Of a stretch of 64,000 bases of DNA, positions 37,698 to 51,200 are shown in pieces. Position 1 is the first letter of the stretch. Each line of letters begins with the position of its first letter. The notes under the pieces are model-generated. The model ran no database searches. It worked only from the letters and a program-made list of their open reading frames with translations, and was not told the DNA's origin. The stretch is from Chlorokybus atmophyticus (taxonomy: Eukaryota > Plantae > Mesostigma and Chlorokybus algae), in contig RHPI01000772.1 of the NCBI GenBank assembly GCA_009103225.1, positions 77,108 through 141,107 of the forward strand, read 5' to 3'. Made by a program: the position numbers and the translations under genes.

Positions 37698-38135
37698 GCT
37701 CCCCACCAGTGGCAGCTTCTGACACTAACCCCTCGCTGCCGACTCTAGATCATAGGGCAGTTGCACCACACAGCTGATAGCAAGTATAACCAATGCCAAC
37801 GCGTGCAACCACACCGACGTCCCTGGCGACAAGCCTTCTGCCTCAGAGACTCGTCTGCACAGCTATACCCGTCTGCCTACCCCGTCTTGTCCAGAGCAGT
37901 AACACCACCCCAGAACGGACAAAAGACCTCACCAGCGGCTTGACCCAGTTATTCCACAAGTACAACCAGCCCGGATCGCAACGACGCCACCTCTTCCGCC
38001 GCTGCCGCCGCCCCGAAGCACCACCCCACGCCACTCCTCACAGACGCCCTCAAGCACGTTTTGGCCCACACCCCTGCGTGACTTTAACCAAACGGTGACG
38101 GCGCGCACTCGTCAGCCCCCTTGAAGCCCGCCTGG

Positions 38136-38366
38136 CCAAGCAACCTGCCAGCCCCGCAGACCTCGCTTGACGGCGCGCTCGCCGCCGTCCCGTTGCCGTT
38201 GGGCACAGCTGGGGGGCAGCGTGACACCCCCAACGCACGCACAACGTTCACTTCTTAGCAATACCAACGGACCAGATGAAAAGTGTGTCAACAAGCCTAA
38301 GCTTAAAACGTGCGATACTGTCAACGAGAGCAAACGAGAATATTGTCGCAAGACGTTTCTGCCGGT
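38136..38366 (+). repeat. 231-bp sequence duplicated at 41896-42126
   Basis: Identical by eye. The second copy follows a poly-C run and ends at an N (42127). Confidence 0.9.
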
Positions 38367-40007
38367 TTTTGTATTCTTGTTGCTCTGGACTCTATTATGT
38401 AGTCTATATGAGGCAAAACATTGCAATCCACCGGTCTGAGTCAGCGGTTTCGTTTGCACGATTTGGGAAAGTGAGATGTCACATCAGCTGGCCATCATGT
38501 GGCGTACTGGCACTTGTCACTGCACATTCGCATTCTGCCTTGCGGCTCAGCACGGGAGATCCTGATGTCACCAGCTATCGTTAGCAGCTAGTGTCACCAC
38601 GAGTTGTTGAGTATCATTAATACTTCTCTGCTAAACACATCAGTAATAAAGCAATCACTCACAAGCTAAGCAGGCACAAAATAATAACTTACTCAATGTT
38701 CAAGCAAAATAAAGTAGGTAACGACTCAAATGAAGCCCTCCATTGAAGCTCTTGCTGCTTTTGGCAAAAGCAGCAAGAGCAGAGGTTGGCAATCAAGCTA
38801 TATATACTTGGGTTAAAGCAAAAACAGAGTTAACCATCATAATTTGAAACCCAAACTCAAATGATCTAAATTCAGGACCGAGTTAACCTTCACACAGCTT
38901 TTGGGTGCCAGCTTTTTGGCAGGATTCAACAAGCACGGCATTAGCAAGGGTAAGGACATATGAAGCGCAGCAAGCAGGTAGAGCTTGGGGTAAAGATTAG
39001 CTCCTGGCACTGCTGTGCTACAGCATGCATATGTGGGTATTATGCAAAGCATGTATGACAATAAAATGTATCATAAAATGTATGATTCAAGCATTTGTCT
39101 TATGCATCATGTCACAGTCGAGACATGATTTGCACTCCACTTGGCGTTCACTCTTCATGGTTTTCACATTAAAAAACAGCTTTTGCAAGTTTATTAATAT
39201 GAGCTACGAGCAAGTTGTCACGTCAACATTAACAATTGCTTTGTTTAAACCGCCTTTTATTCTTATTTAAAAAGTCATAAATACTTAACATTTAATTTGT
39301 ACTGTTACGAATGCAGTCGGTAACCATAACTTGCAAAGCAACTTTATATGACTATTTGTACGCTAAAGTTGCTTGTATCAGCATATATATGAGTATAAGT
39401 CATAACCTTGTTGATGCCATATAAATTTAAATTGGAGTTGCATAAAGCGATCCACTCATGGTTACACCGTATTGCTTATGCGTTATTACGATAATGATGT
39501 TACACATGTGTCACGGGCTTATGCAACAATGGCGGCATGCATGCGTACATGCATTAATACATAATATAATTTACTATAGATCTTATCATTAGTAGCAATC
39601 TCATTGCGTTAAGATTACTCAATGCACTTATTTATTTACATTTTATGGTATGTATGATCGTTTAACGAATTTTCAATGACCATAAATTGCAATCCCACAA
39701 GCTGCCACAATGTTGCTTGCGCTCGGATTTTGGTAGGGTGCACAACCATGTGTAAGACAAGCAACATAGTATACCCTTGTCAATGTCAAGGAAGTTGTTG
39801 TGGTTGAACACAATCAGCAGTGGAGGTTGTGCTTGACTTGGTTCCAGCAATGTGTGACTGACTGACTCACACTGCCAGTCAGACACGTGAACTCGCCACG
39901 CAAGCCAAGTTTGTCAGCGCCCAGCGTCAGCATCCCCTCAAAACACCCAGACTCCACCCACAGTTGCACACTGATCGCGTCACTCAGGCAACGCTGACAC
40001 TGACGTC

Positions 40008-43000
40008 ATGGCGGGGGCGGTCTCGGCGCTGGTGAGGAGGGGGGCGGCGGTGGCGGTGGCGGCGAGGTTGGGCGACGGCATAGGAGGTGGGGCAGGCGGG
40101 GTGGGGGGAGCTGCGGCATTGCTGAGGAGGTGGAGGACAGCGCAGCCGAGGGACGTCTCGTCACTGGCGGGCAGCGCCGGCGCTCTCCTGGACGACACCA
40201 CGCTGCAGGTGGGTGGGGCAGCATTAGGGTCTTGTGCAATGAGGATTCGTTGAGTCAGCAACAAGTCGCATGCGTATGAGTAACGTGTTGCATTGCTCTT
40301 TTGCTTGTGACGTGCTCAACATGACACTGCATGCACATGATTAGTCACAAGCAGATTACCAGCACTCGCATTGTATGGTTTCCACTTGAACAAATAAGGT
40401 TACGTACATATCATACTGTACGCGCCACTGTTTGTTGTAACTGGGCGATGTGCTGACATTGCGGATGGCGACACCGTGTCCTTGTGCACGTGCGCACCAG
40501 TGTGCGTAGAATCTGGATTTGTACAATATTAACGGTAGACAGAACATCCAGCTAACCGTGGTCAGGTAATGAGCAGCATCAGCGTCAAGCATTACGAGAG
40601 CGTAGCTTCATGTATGCAGTGAGTACGCAGTCTGCTGCAGGTGCTTGCGTGGGGGCAGGGCGGGGGGCAGGTCACACACCGAGGAATCTGTGCTTGAGTC
40701 AGTTTGTATATGTTTGTGCAAACCTGTGATGAGTTTGCCGATGTTCACTGCACATGCATGTAAAAAAACATGCACTGATATGTGCGCGAGCTTGTGCATG
40801 CATGTGTGTTCGTGCACACGTGTACATGACATGCACACTTTTGTGTGGTGTGGATGTGTAGTTCACATGCATGCGTACATATGATTCTGAGATATACACG
40901 TGGTAGACACGCATACTCATGCATGTCTACTACACATACACAAACACGTACATGTTGCCTGAAATGCTTGCTCAATGCTGGCGCGTGCAGTGTGCTCGTT
41001 CAGTGGTTTCTGGTTTGGTCATCCAGTCAGCTGTGTTCAGTATTGAAATGTATCCCAACCACAGTTATTTGTACCCCTGCGGATTTTGCAGTTTCAGGAA
41101 AGCGTGCACAGGTTTGCACAGGATCGCATCGCCCCGCACGCTGCCGCCATTGACGCCACCAACTCCTTCCCCAAAGCAAGCAGCAATGCAACTTCTTGAC
41201 CCATTGTTTCACGTCTATGCTTACCTGTCCATGCATCAATACCAGTAGTAGGTAATTGGCAACTCAAAACACAGGATGTCAACCTGTGGACGGTCATGGG
41301 AGACTTCCACCTCCATGGCATCACAGTGCCAGGTACGCTGCGCCAACTCATTTCTGTGGTTGTCACAAGTCAACATGACTTTATCACTTAAGAACAGCGG
41401 CCTTTTGTATGTGTCTTGTGCAAATGACATGACACATGTCGTGATCATTTCAAGTAAGCTGCACATGCTGAATGTAAGCAGTGCTTGTGTAGAAGGTATT
41501 CATGACGAGTGTGACATAAGCCAACCTTGTGTGCAGAGGAGTACGGGGGATCGGGGTTGGGGTACACAGAGCACGTGGTTGCGATGGAGGCGCTATCGCG
41601 CGCGTCGGGGTCTGTTGCTCTCTCCTATGGAGCGCACTCCAACCTCTGCATCAATCAGATAGTATGCTTGCTTGTCCAGCACACCTTGTGTGATATGCAG
41701 TTTCATTTGCATAATGACGCGGACTGGTCATCATGCAAATGCTGAGACTTGCTTGCTTTATGCCAGGTTAGGCATGGCACGCACGAGCAGAAGCAGAAGT
41801 ATCTCCCGAAGGTGAGTGTGCATGTGCGTGCGGGCATCTGTGCGAGCACACGCGTGCACCTGTGCGCGTGTGCGTGTCCCCCCCCCCCCCTGTGCCCAAG
41901 CAACCTGCCAGCCCCGCAGACCTCGCTTGACGGCGCGCTCGCCGCCGTCCCGTTGCCGTTGGGCACAGCTGGGGGGCAGCGTGACACCCCCAACGCACGC
42001 ACAACGTTCACTTCTTAGCAATACCAACGGACCAGATGAAAAGTGTGTCAACAAGCCTAAGCTTAAAACGTGCGATACTGTCAACGAGAGCAAACGAGAA
42101 TATTGTCGCAAGACGTTTCTGCCGGTNCTCCTGCAGTTGGTTTCAGGCGAGCATGTTGGCGCCCTCTCAATGAGTGAACCTAATGGTAAGACACGGATAG
42201 TATGTGACATTGATGTATTGTAATAGGTACTTCAAGCAAGCGTCTGGTTATTCATGCGCTGTTGTTTGTTCATCCCCACAGCGGGTTCGGATGTCGTGAG
42301 CATGAAGTGCCGTGCGGACCGCGCATCTGATGGCAGCTTTGTTCTGAACGGGACCAAGATGTGGTGCACAAATGGCACCATCGCTAATACATTGGTAACA
42401 AATTGCTGTTGTAATTGTTGTTGTCGATTTCGCTGCCATGGCTCGAGAACTGTAAGCCAAATACAATATATGTTTCAGGTCGTGTATGCCAAGACGGATG
42501 TCAACGCCGCAGCGCACGGGATAACAGCGTTCCTCATTGAGAAAGGCATGCCAGGGTGAGTGAAGGAAAGGCTTGGTGAGTATGCTTGATGGGGTTTATG
42601 CTATGGTTTACAGTTGAGAGTGGCTCCCGTGTGCAGGTTTTCTACTGCGCAGAAGCTGGACAAGCTCGGTATGCGCGGCTCTGACACGTAAGTGTACAAC
42701 AGTCAACATACCGTACCACATCTCACAAAACCATCATACCATACCATGCGTGCTGATACTAGACTGCTATCGCACTATTCTGTCCTGCACTGTTCCGTAC
42801 CGCGCGCAGTCGTACAGACAATCCCGAGCAGTTCTGTAAGCTACAGCAAGTTCGTGCCTAACTTTACCGACAACTCCTGCTCACAGCTGCGAGCTGGTCT
42901 TTGAGGACTGCCACGTTCCTGCTGAGAATGTGTTAGGCGAAGTGAACAAAGGTAATAGAGTTGATTGGTATATGGAAATTTGCATCAGGAGGTACATCAC

Positions 43001-44004
43001 AGGTCATCTCTTGATGATCTTCGCATGCAGGCGTGTATGTGCTGATGTCGGGGCTGGACCTGGAGCGGCTGGTGCTGTGCGGGGGACCCCTCGGCCTGGC
43101 TGCCGCGGCTCTGCAGGACTGCGCGCTGCCGTACGTTCGCGAAAGAAAGCAGTTTGGGCAGCCTGTTGGAGAATTCCAACTCATGCAGGTATAAGGGGAA
43201 TGCATGCGAGCGCGCCTGCATGCGCACATTTGCATAGGCATGCAGTTACGCGCGCATGCGCGTGCACATATATGTGCCTGCATGTGGGTATGTGCTTGCA
43301 CATGGCTGTGTGGGCGCGGGTGGGAGCATGCACATGTGCGGGTGGCTTCCCGTGTGCATGCGTGAGACTTTCTCTCTGCATAATGAAGCAAAACTGCTTA
43401 CTGTTTGGTGCTGAGAACTGAATGTGGCACAGGGCAAGTTGGCAGACATGTACTGCAGGCTCATGTCAGCTAGGGCGCTGGTGTACTCGGTGGCGAGGTC
43501 ATGCGATGCCGGGCACATTGATAGAAAGGTGAGTGTCGTGTTGCTTGCGTGGGCGCATGCGCTGCTGTTTTCATCAATTTGCAGCATAGGCAGCAAAGCT
43601 GCTTTTGAAGAGCACGAGTGCTGCAGACTGCAGCTTCATGTGCTCTTGAGCACATGTCATGAGATTAGATTACAAGAGTGTTCAATCCAGTATTGCTTGT
43701 CATTACCATTGCAGGATTGCGCGGCTGCAATTTTGTATTCGGCAGAGAATGCTACGCAAATAGCGTTGGAGGTATGTTGTTTACGCCTGGTTAAGCACTT
43801 CCATGCTACGTCAAACACTTTGTAAACATTGTCAACTACTGTGTATTCGTCATGCAGGCAATCCAATGTCTCGGGGGCAATGGTTACATCAATGAATATC
43901 CGACGGGGCGGTTGTTGAGGGATGCGAAGCTGTACGAGATTGGCGCAGGCACAAGCGAGATTAGGCGCATTGTTATTGGACGGCAATTGCTCAAAGAAAC
44001 ATGA
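40008..44004 (+). CDS. IVD: Isovaleryl-CoA dehydrogenase, mitochondrial
   Basis: 14 exons reconstructed. LLDDTTLQ|[100 protein letters not shown]. Ala/Arg-rich transit-peptide-like N-terminus. Intron 2 is GC-AG (41176). Confidence 0.97.
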
Positions 44005-44425
44005 TGTGAATTGACACAAACTCGTCTCAGTGGCAATCTTGGGCGTGCAAGCGTGATGTGTTGGGTACATGTTCAGTGGCATTAGGTGCAGTCATGTAAC
44101 ACAAAATCTCCATACACCAACTCCATGCGCAAAGTCCCCACCACGCAAACCGAAACATGAACAAAAGCATGCGCGCGAGGAATGACAATGGATGTTTCGC
44201 GTATGCATTGCTCTCATGGTTCATGCGCCTCATTTCAATGCATGTTGCGCAGATCCACCCAATGTGTCCATATGACAAGGGTTGGATTACTGGTCTTATA
44301 GACAAGGGGGAAAGTGCTCTGCTGCTGCTGCTGCAAAAACTATTTATTGGGCTAATGTCGTCTGCTGCGCCAGTCGGGCCGCTTTACAATTGGCACAACA
44401 CATCTTCCTGTTTATTGCCACCCTC

Positions 44426-44855
44426 TTACGTCCTGATTGCGTAATTGGCGGTGGCTCTGGGCTTGCACTCCAACTCATTCTTGTTGGCGCTGTATGCAGT
44501 TGATACACCCTCCGCTGGCGACATCACCGCAGACGCCTGACACATGAACACACTCATGAGCGCACACACATAGTACCATACCTTTATATACACACTGTTG
44601 GCTAAGTGTTAACTTGTGTGATATGTCATTGCAGGTCCGCATTGCTGGCTGAGTGTTACACCGTTACAATGCAGCAGCAGCAACCAGTCCATCACAATTA
44701 CTTGCCTTGCTCGTGGGGTTGCTGCTTTTCTTTCCACGGCCAGCGGCAACAACGGTGACAAGAAGCAGCACGACGGCGCATACCAGCGCCGCCGCTACTA
44801 AGGGCGACGAGGCCGCGCCCGGGAGCGCCTGCAGCATGCTGCTGAGACCAGCCAT
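44426..44855 (-). CDS. Possible small single-pass membrane protein (~86 aa)
   Basis: Exon 44855-44706 (MAGLSS...LVAAALVCAVVLLLVTVVAAGRGKK...SK) ends at AAG|GCAAGT. Exon 44536-44426 follows a CAG acceptor and is in frame to TAA. A GC-rich leader lies upstream. No homology recognised. Confidence 0.35.
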
Positions 44856-46655
44856 TGAGCTGGATAGAAGGGAGGAGGCGGAGGGGCGGAGGGAGCTACT
44901 GATGGAAGTAGTAGTGGGATCACGGCGACCTCGCAGACTACGCCGCCGCCGCCGCTGATGCCGCCGCCGCCGATGATGCTTTGCTGCTGTCGCTGTTGCC
45001 AGAAACCGTGGAGAGGGGCGACGAGATACGAAGTGTACGGTCAGGCTGATACGTAGTATCTAAAGAGTGCGCCTAAGTATCTCCGGTAGCTCGCTGTGTA
45101 TCTCAGGTGAGGGCAAACAAAGTGTTCTCTTAGTACTACTATGTTGTAGATATGCAACCCAGTGTATAAGGGATCAGGAACGCATTTTTGCATACCTGAG
45201 AGCTTACTGCTGGCATTGTGTTTTGGCTGTGTGCTCCTGACAGGACAGCACCTGGCCCAGAACTTGAACTTGAAGGTGGTACTACTTTCTGACACTTGTT
45301 CACCCTCGATACTAATGAGCGTATCTGAGAACGGTAGTACAAGTTTGTACGCATTACGCTATTGCAGGCTTCAATGCGTCCTGGACTTATAGCACCGGTA
45401 ACAGTCAGCACTGGTAACTACGGTTATTGCCTAACGTCGGACAATGGTTGCCCGGCCGCTCCCGGCTATGCACATAGGCAGTGCGCGATAGTATTATTCT
45501 GGCGACCTGTGCATACCGCTGTACCAAACTGATGGGTACATGCTTATAGATGGGTAATACCATGGCATGCGTGACGCATGATGCAATCCATGCTCTACCG
45601 TACAATAATTTGGGGTCGCGCCGCGTCTCCTGCTTTCACAGGCGGGCAACCTTGAGAGTGGCCGTACGACGTCAAGTTGAGGTGGCGTACGGTTGTGCCG
45701 TCGCTTGTGCCTTGCTACTTGAGAACATTAAATGTGTACATCATTGGCTTGAGCAAAGTCGTGCCTACGACGAGACATTCCATCGACAAGTATTGAATTG
45801 ATAATCAATCCGTACCACTTTGATGTCGTGTAAACTAAAGCATAGCGTAGCGAAGTCAGGCTTAAATAATGGTGTGTGTATGTTATGATGGTGTCGTACT
45901 TCATGTATGGCAACATCATAATGGCAAATTGTGATTGGTATTGGTCTGTTGTTCGACAACAATTTCACAATAATTTTGCAATTTGTGCTTCATAATCGCA
46001 TTTGCATACCGATACATAGCACCATCTGGCCATTCTTATTGTTCCCTTTTCGTTTGCTGTTATCTTGCTGCATGTCCTCCAGTCTTACCTGCATCACCTG
46101 TGATTATAGTTGGATGGTACGACCATATCTACGTGCATTATTTGCACGCATGTAGATAGGGTCGCCGTACGCAGGGGCACATAGCAATGATTGCCCTTAC
46201 GAGAACTGATGGACATTATCTGCGGCTGTTGTATGTATGTGCATGGTGTGAGCCACCAGTTGACGGCTTAATTACCATAGCAAAGCCTCGGGCAAGTTGC
46301 GTTAATCACAGAGGCTTCGCATGCCATGAGGTGGCCCGTGCAACTTTCGTGATTGGCTATAACGACGGCGCTACGGGGCTATTTGTAATGCGTGCGAACT
46401 TGTCACATGCATTGTACGTATTAAAAAGCGTATACATCAAGCCGCAGCTATGTGTGTACATGCATTATCAACCAATTTGTGATGTGTGCGGTGTTTTTGT
46501 TTTACTGAAATCGGACGCTCCCGCTTTCTGAACAATTGCCTTGGCAGTGCGGCTTCAAACACTTCCTGGGAAAGTTTTCGCTAGCCGCTAAAATCCTGTA
46601 GGTGAGCCCATCGCGACGGTGTGGGAAGGGCCAACCATTCCTTCACATTTTACCG

Positions 46656-46730
46656 TGGCGACCCGAATGGGGTTTGAATCTTGGTCTCTCCTGTCGAAAG
46701 GCGGCGTCCTGACTAGTGCGCCACCACCCC
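46656..46730 (-). other. Degenerate tRNA-like sequence (tRNA pseudogene or SINE head)
   Basis: Minus strand: TGGCGCACTAG (A-box-like), CCGCCTTTCGACAGG (anticodon-arm-like), GATTCAAACCC (B-box-like), ending GGGTCGCCA. The acceptor and T stems do not pair properly. Confidence 0.4.
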
Positions 46731-48249
46731 TTACGGTTCGTGTGCAGTGTGTTGCGTTGGTCTGTAGCTTGCAGTGGTCAGTTTAATTACGACTTGTGTG
46801 CTATGTGTTGCATCTGATACGCTAGCAATTCTTTCGCACACATATATGCCGAATCAAAAAAGCATATCGCATATGGCTTAAATATTGTAATTAACCCCCT
46901 CCGATGAAGTTATTTGAGCGGATGCTTTTTGTTTCATCTCATTTTTATTCAAAATTGTTTAAAGTCTTGACACTATCAATGTTGGCTATCAAACTTTACC
47001 CGGCAAATATTGGTATTAATATCAGTACTCATACGGTTTATCCATTGACAAAAAATTTTAATAATAGCGAGGGCGGAGTATGCTTCAAATGAACCGTAGA
47101 TTGAATAGATTGAGGCGGCATGTCGAGGCGTCATCCTATTGATTCTGCTGTAGCTTTTACTTTTACGGCTTGTTCACCCTCGTAGGGTGAACAAGTTCCG
47201 TAACATTATTTACTCTTTTATATACGCATTGCGCAGCTAGGTCTTAAGGATCTTTTATAAACAATGGATGCCAGATAGGTTTGTGGATAAGTCATTAATT
47301 GGCAAGGCTGCTGCATGCATGGAAGCTGCTGCATGCTGAGGTGAACTGCACCGTAACAAGTTTTAATTTCCTTCTTTAAACTCATGCGCAAGCTTTAGAT
47401 GATGGGGTGCTGGAGGACTGTATTAGGAGCAATCGATGCAATCTGCAGCACCTCGTAATATGACTAAACTAATTTTCGTAACACAATGCAAGCTTGTATA
47501 GCAACATATTTTCTCTTTTATCTTTGTTATTGTGCATTGGCTGTAAAACTTGATGCAATATGAATACACCAAAGGTTATGAGTTGACTTGATCGGCTGTG
47601 ACTTCATTTACAAAAGTAAAGAGATTCTGTATGTCTTGTCAGCATGTCATGCCACGCTTCTCATGCCACACTTCTCACTATGGCTTAAGCCCATAATGAG
47701 AAGTGCTACGAGGATGTGATGTTAAACACGTGTGTGAATGAGAGGTAACTATTGCCCATTGTAGTGCACCACGTTGGAGTTGTAGTGACTATTGTCATGT
47801 TTGAAGCGGGGCAACAATTGGAGACTTGAGGATCAGCTTCCGACCACATTGAGCTCGACATACACCACAAGATGCACCAAAATATGCACACAAGAATTAC
47901 TTAGTAGCCTACAAGGACGGTACCGCACTAGCGGTTGTTTCACGCACTCCACATGCATGCGCGCGCTCTCACATGCACATTGTAACTTGCAAACAGACCT
48001 GGCAATGCCAAGCTGGCACACTAATCATGATTGCTACCGCAATCTACTATTACTTTATAACATAATCAACACAAATTTACCGAGCTGGGGATGACACCGA
48101 TCAGCGCAAGCCCGCCACGTGGTGTTCTGTTTCCTCCGCATGGGTGGGTAGCTTCCTTGTCATCGTCCTGGCACCAAAGTCAATGCTGCATGTGCATGTG
48201 GCCACTCGACAAAGCGGAATGTGGCCATTGAGCGACAACGACCGCGAGA

Positions 48250-51200
48250 TCACCTCGTGCCCGAGCCACTGCATCTGGACACGATGTTCTTCCCAAGCTT
48301 GTAGGCCACCTGGGCAGCAAGGAGGCTGCTGCCCAGGACCGGCCCAAAAGCCTGCTGCAGCACCTCGACCTGGCTGTCCTCCATGTGATCATCGTGCAAC
48401 CCGAGCTTCTTCTGATAGGCCAGATACACCTCGCTGCACATCAGCGCCAGAAACATCATCAAAGTTCTGCGCAGACAAAGTAGGGTGAGCTGCATGTTGG
48501 GAAGCGAAACATAACGCCTGCACCCAGCATGCCAGCCAAGTTGCATACAGGTGCCTGATTGATATGAACAGATCGTACAGATGAGATGGTCAGTACAAAT
48601 GACAATGAAATAGCAACAGCAAGTCTGTGTGTCAACCCAGCACAGCTAACAACTTATGTACATGCAGGGCCGACACGCAACACCACCTTGTGGTCTTGTA
48701 AGGTATGAAGTTGCACGCCCAGGACGCGCAACATATGTGAACTCACCCAAAATAAGACATGGCAAAGGCAATGCTGAGCAGAGTAATCTTGGCGCTGGTG
48801 AGAGGGAGGAAGAGCAGCCACGCGATGTAGAGCAGAAGGCAGTTGCCGCCCCAGGCGAGCGTCTGCAAGTTGTTGAGCTTGGGGCTGGAGTAGGGGATGG
48901 CATGGACGTTGAGAACCATGCACATGACAGCGACGGCGAGGGCCATGAGGACCTGCTGCTGCGTGCCAAGCCCGCCGAGGAAAACAGCGATGAGGATGAG
49001 CACCAGCTTCTCCAGTGTCACGATGAACTCCCAGAAGAACATGCTGCGCTTGTAGCCCGTGTACAGGAAGCCGTAGTACTTGACCGTGTGCTCGCTCCCC
49101 AGCTGCATGCGGCGCCGCCACAGCATGAGGTATGCGCCCATGGGCAAACCCAAAGAGAATATCAACATACTGGGAATACCCACAGCGAGAACCTGCAAGC
49201 TCAACATCAATCAGTGCATAGCCGTAGCCACACTTGTCGACTCAAAGTCGCACTCACAACTCACGCTCGAACATGATAGCCACACTTGTCGACTCAAACT
49301 CGCACTCACAAATCACTCGATCATGATACAACAGGTGACGCCTCACCATTGCCAAGTGTGTCCCAGTGTAGCACTCGTCATTCATGTATTGGTCCCAATA
49401 CATGCCAACAGCACGCGCATTCGCGTCATATGGCACTCCCAGTGAGTCAATCTTTCGGCAGGCGAACAGAGAGATCAGCTGCTTCGTGACTGCGGGCCAC
49501 AGGAAGAACTCCACCACGATGACAGTAACAACCGTCCTGCACCCCCCACATAGCGAATATGACAACAAACAGCTGCGTACACTGTTGACCAACGCTGCTC
49601 TGTGCATTACAACTCACCCTCGGATGTATTTGCGGAGCTGTGGTGGATTAGCCCTATGGCGATAGCGCAACTTTGCAAACCAGTAAACCAACAGCCATAT
49701 GCCCGCAGGAGCGAGGATGCCGGCGATTGGAAGCAAGGCGTATGTCAGCACCAGCTGATAGTACTTGTTCAATAAGCCCGAGTTGTCCATGAGACAATAA
49801 GCGGATATAACACCGTCCCTGCGAGTCCACCAGGCCATTTCAGCAAAAGGACACGCATACGTCATGCGCGTGTTGCTGATGGCAGATGCACAGCTACAAT
49901 GCAGATGGAAAACTACCCAAAGGAAGCTGCTGAGGATAAAAGCGCCACAGCCGTACTCACAAAGCCGGGAAATTTGAAGGACACGCCAAACGCAATAGAC
50001 GACACTTGTATGTATGTTATGATAACCTTTAACAGATTACAATCCGTCAAACACAATCCAACAACATGCAGCTGCGCATGTAACACGTGATACGGAGATG
50101 TATTGAACAAGACAGAACACAGACCTTGCACATAGCCTGAATAACCTGCCCAAGCGGGACACGTCCGTGCTCATCAGGTGTATCATCCAGCTCCGTGTTC
50201 AGGGCAGCCTGTTTGAACAAAGGTCGGAGGCCACATTCCAAAGACCACGTTAGCATGAATTTGTGACCGAAGCCGCATTGTTACCCTTGTGATGAGAATG
50301 ATTGCAACGAAAGTGATGAGGGAAATGCTCGTGTACGCAATCGCGTTAACCACTTTGGAGTTGCACTTCTTGCAATGGAAGTTGCTTGTTCCACCACTGG
50401 ATTCCCAACCGTCACGGCACACCCCGCAAAGATTGCCTGCATAGCTGCGCACATGGATTGTGATAAGCTTGTCTCCAACCACCTGCGATGGTATTATGGT
50501 GCAGTGACTGCCAGCTGGCTAGACAAGCACAAAGTTCACCAATGTTTGAGCGAAGACGTGCAGGTCGCATGCGTACTGAGATGCGTGCTTACCCCTCGCT
50601 GCATTGCTGAACCTGCTCCCAACTCCCATTGCGAATAAAGTCCTCGAGAATTGCAGACCGATCGTCATACGCGCAAGCGTTTTTGTTTGGACATTTGTGG
50701 AACTGGAACGAGTGTTTGGCAGAATGCCAGTAGCCATCGACAGGTATCACGACAGACCCTCCCAAGCAGTTGGCGCCAATAGGACAGGCTTCGCAGGTGA
50801 GGTTGGTGGGGTCCCATGAAAAGAGGGGCCGCTCGCAGAACGTGCACAGCGTGTTGTCATTGTTGCGTACTTCTCCAAACAGGCAATGCCTGATTGTCAC
50901 AGCAATGTCCACAGGCGGCAGGCTCGGGTAATTGTATGACAGCAGCTGAAGAGAGCGGACACCCGGCACGGATACAACGGCCACATCACTGAACTTGGCC
51001 AGGCCTCGGTGTGCCGCAGTGAATGTTGGGCCTGCAACATCGTAACGTGTTATATAACTTGGTGTATTACCGTTGTATAGTCTAATAGTATCCGTGCACA
51101 GACCGTCCAAGCGGCCGATGCTGTTGGTGTAATTTATGTAGAACACCAGTAGACCATTGTTGCCACTTGTCACAACTTGGCCAAGAGCGTCCGTGGTTGC

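Noticed and set aside
46656-46730. Functional tRNA-Glu/Arg gene
   Set aside because: The acceptor and T stems do not base-pair, so it is kept only as tRNA-like.
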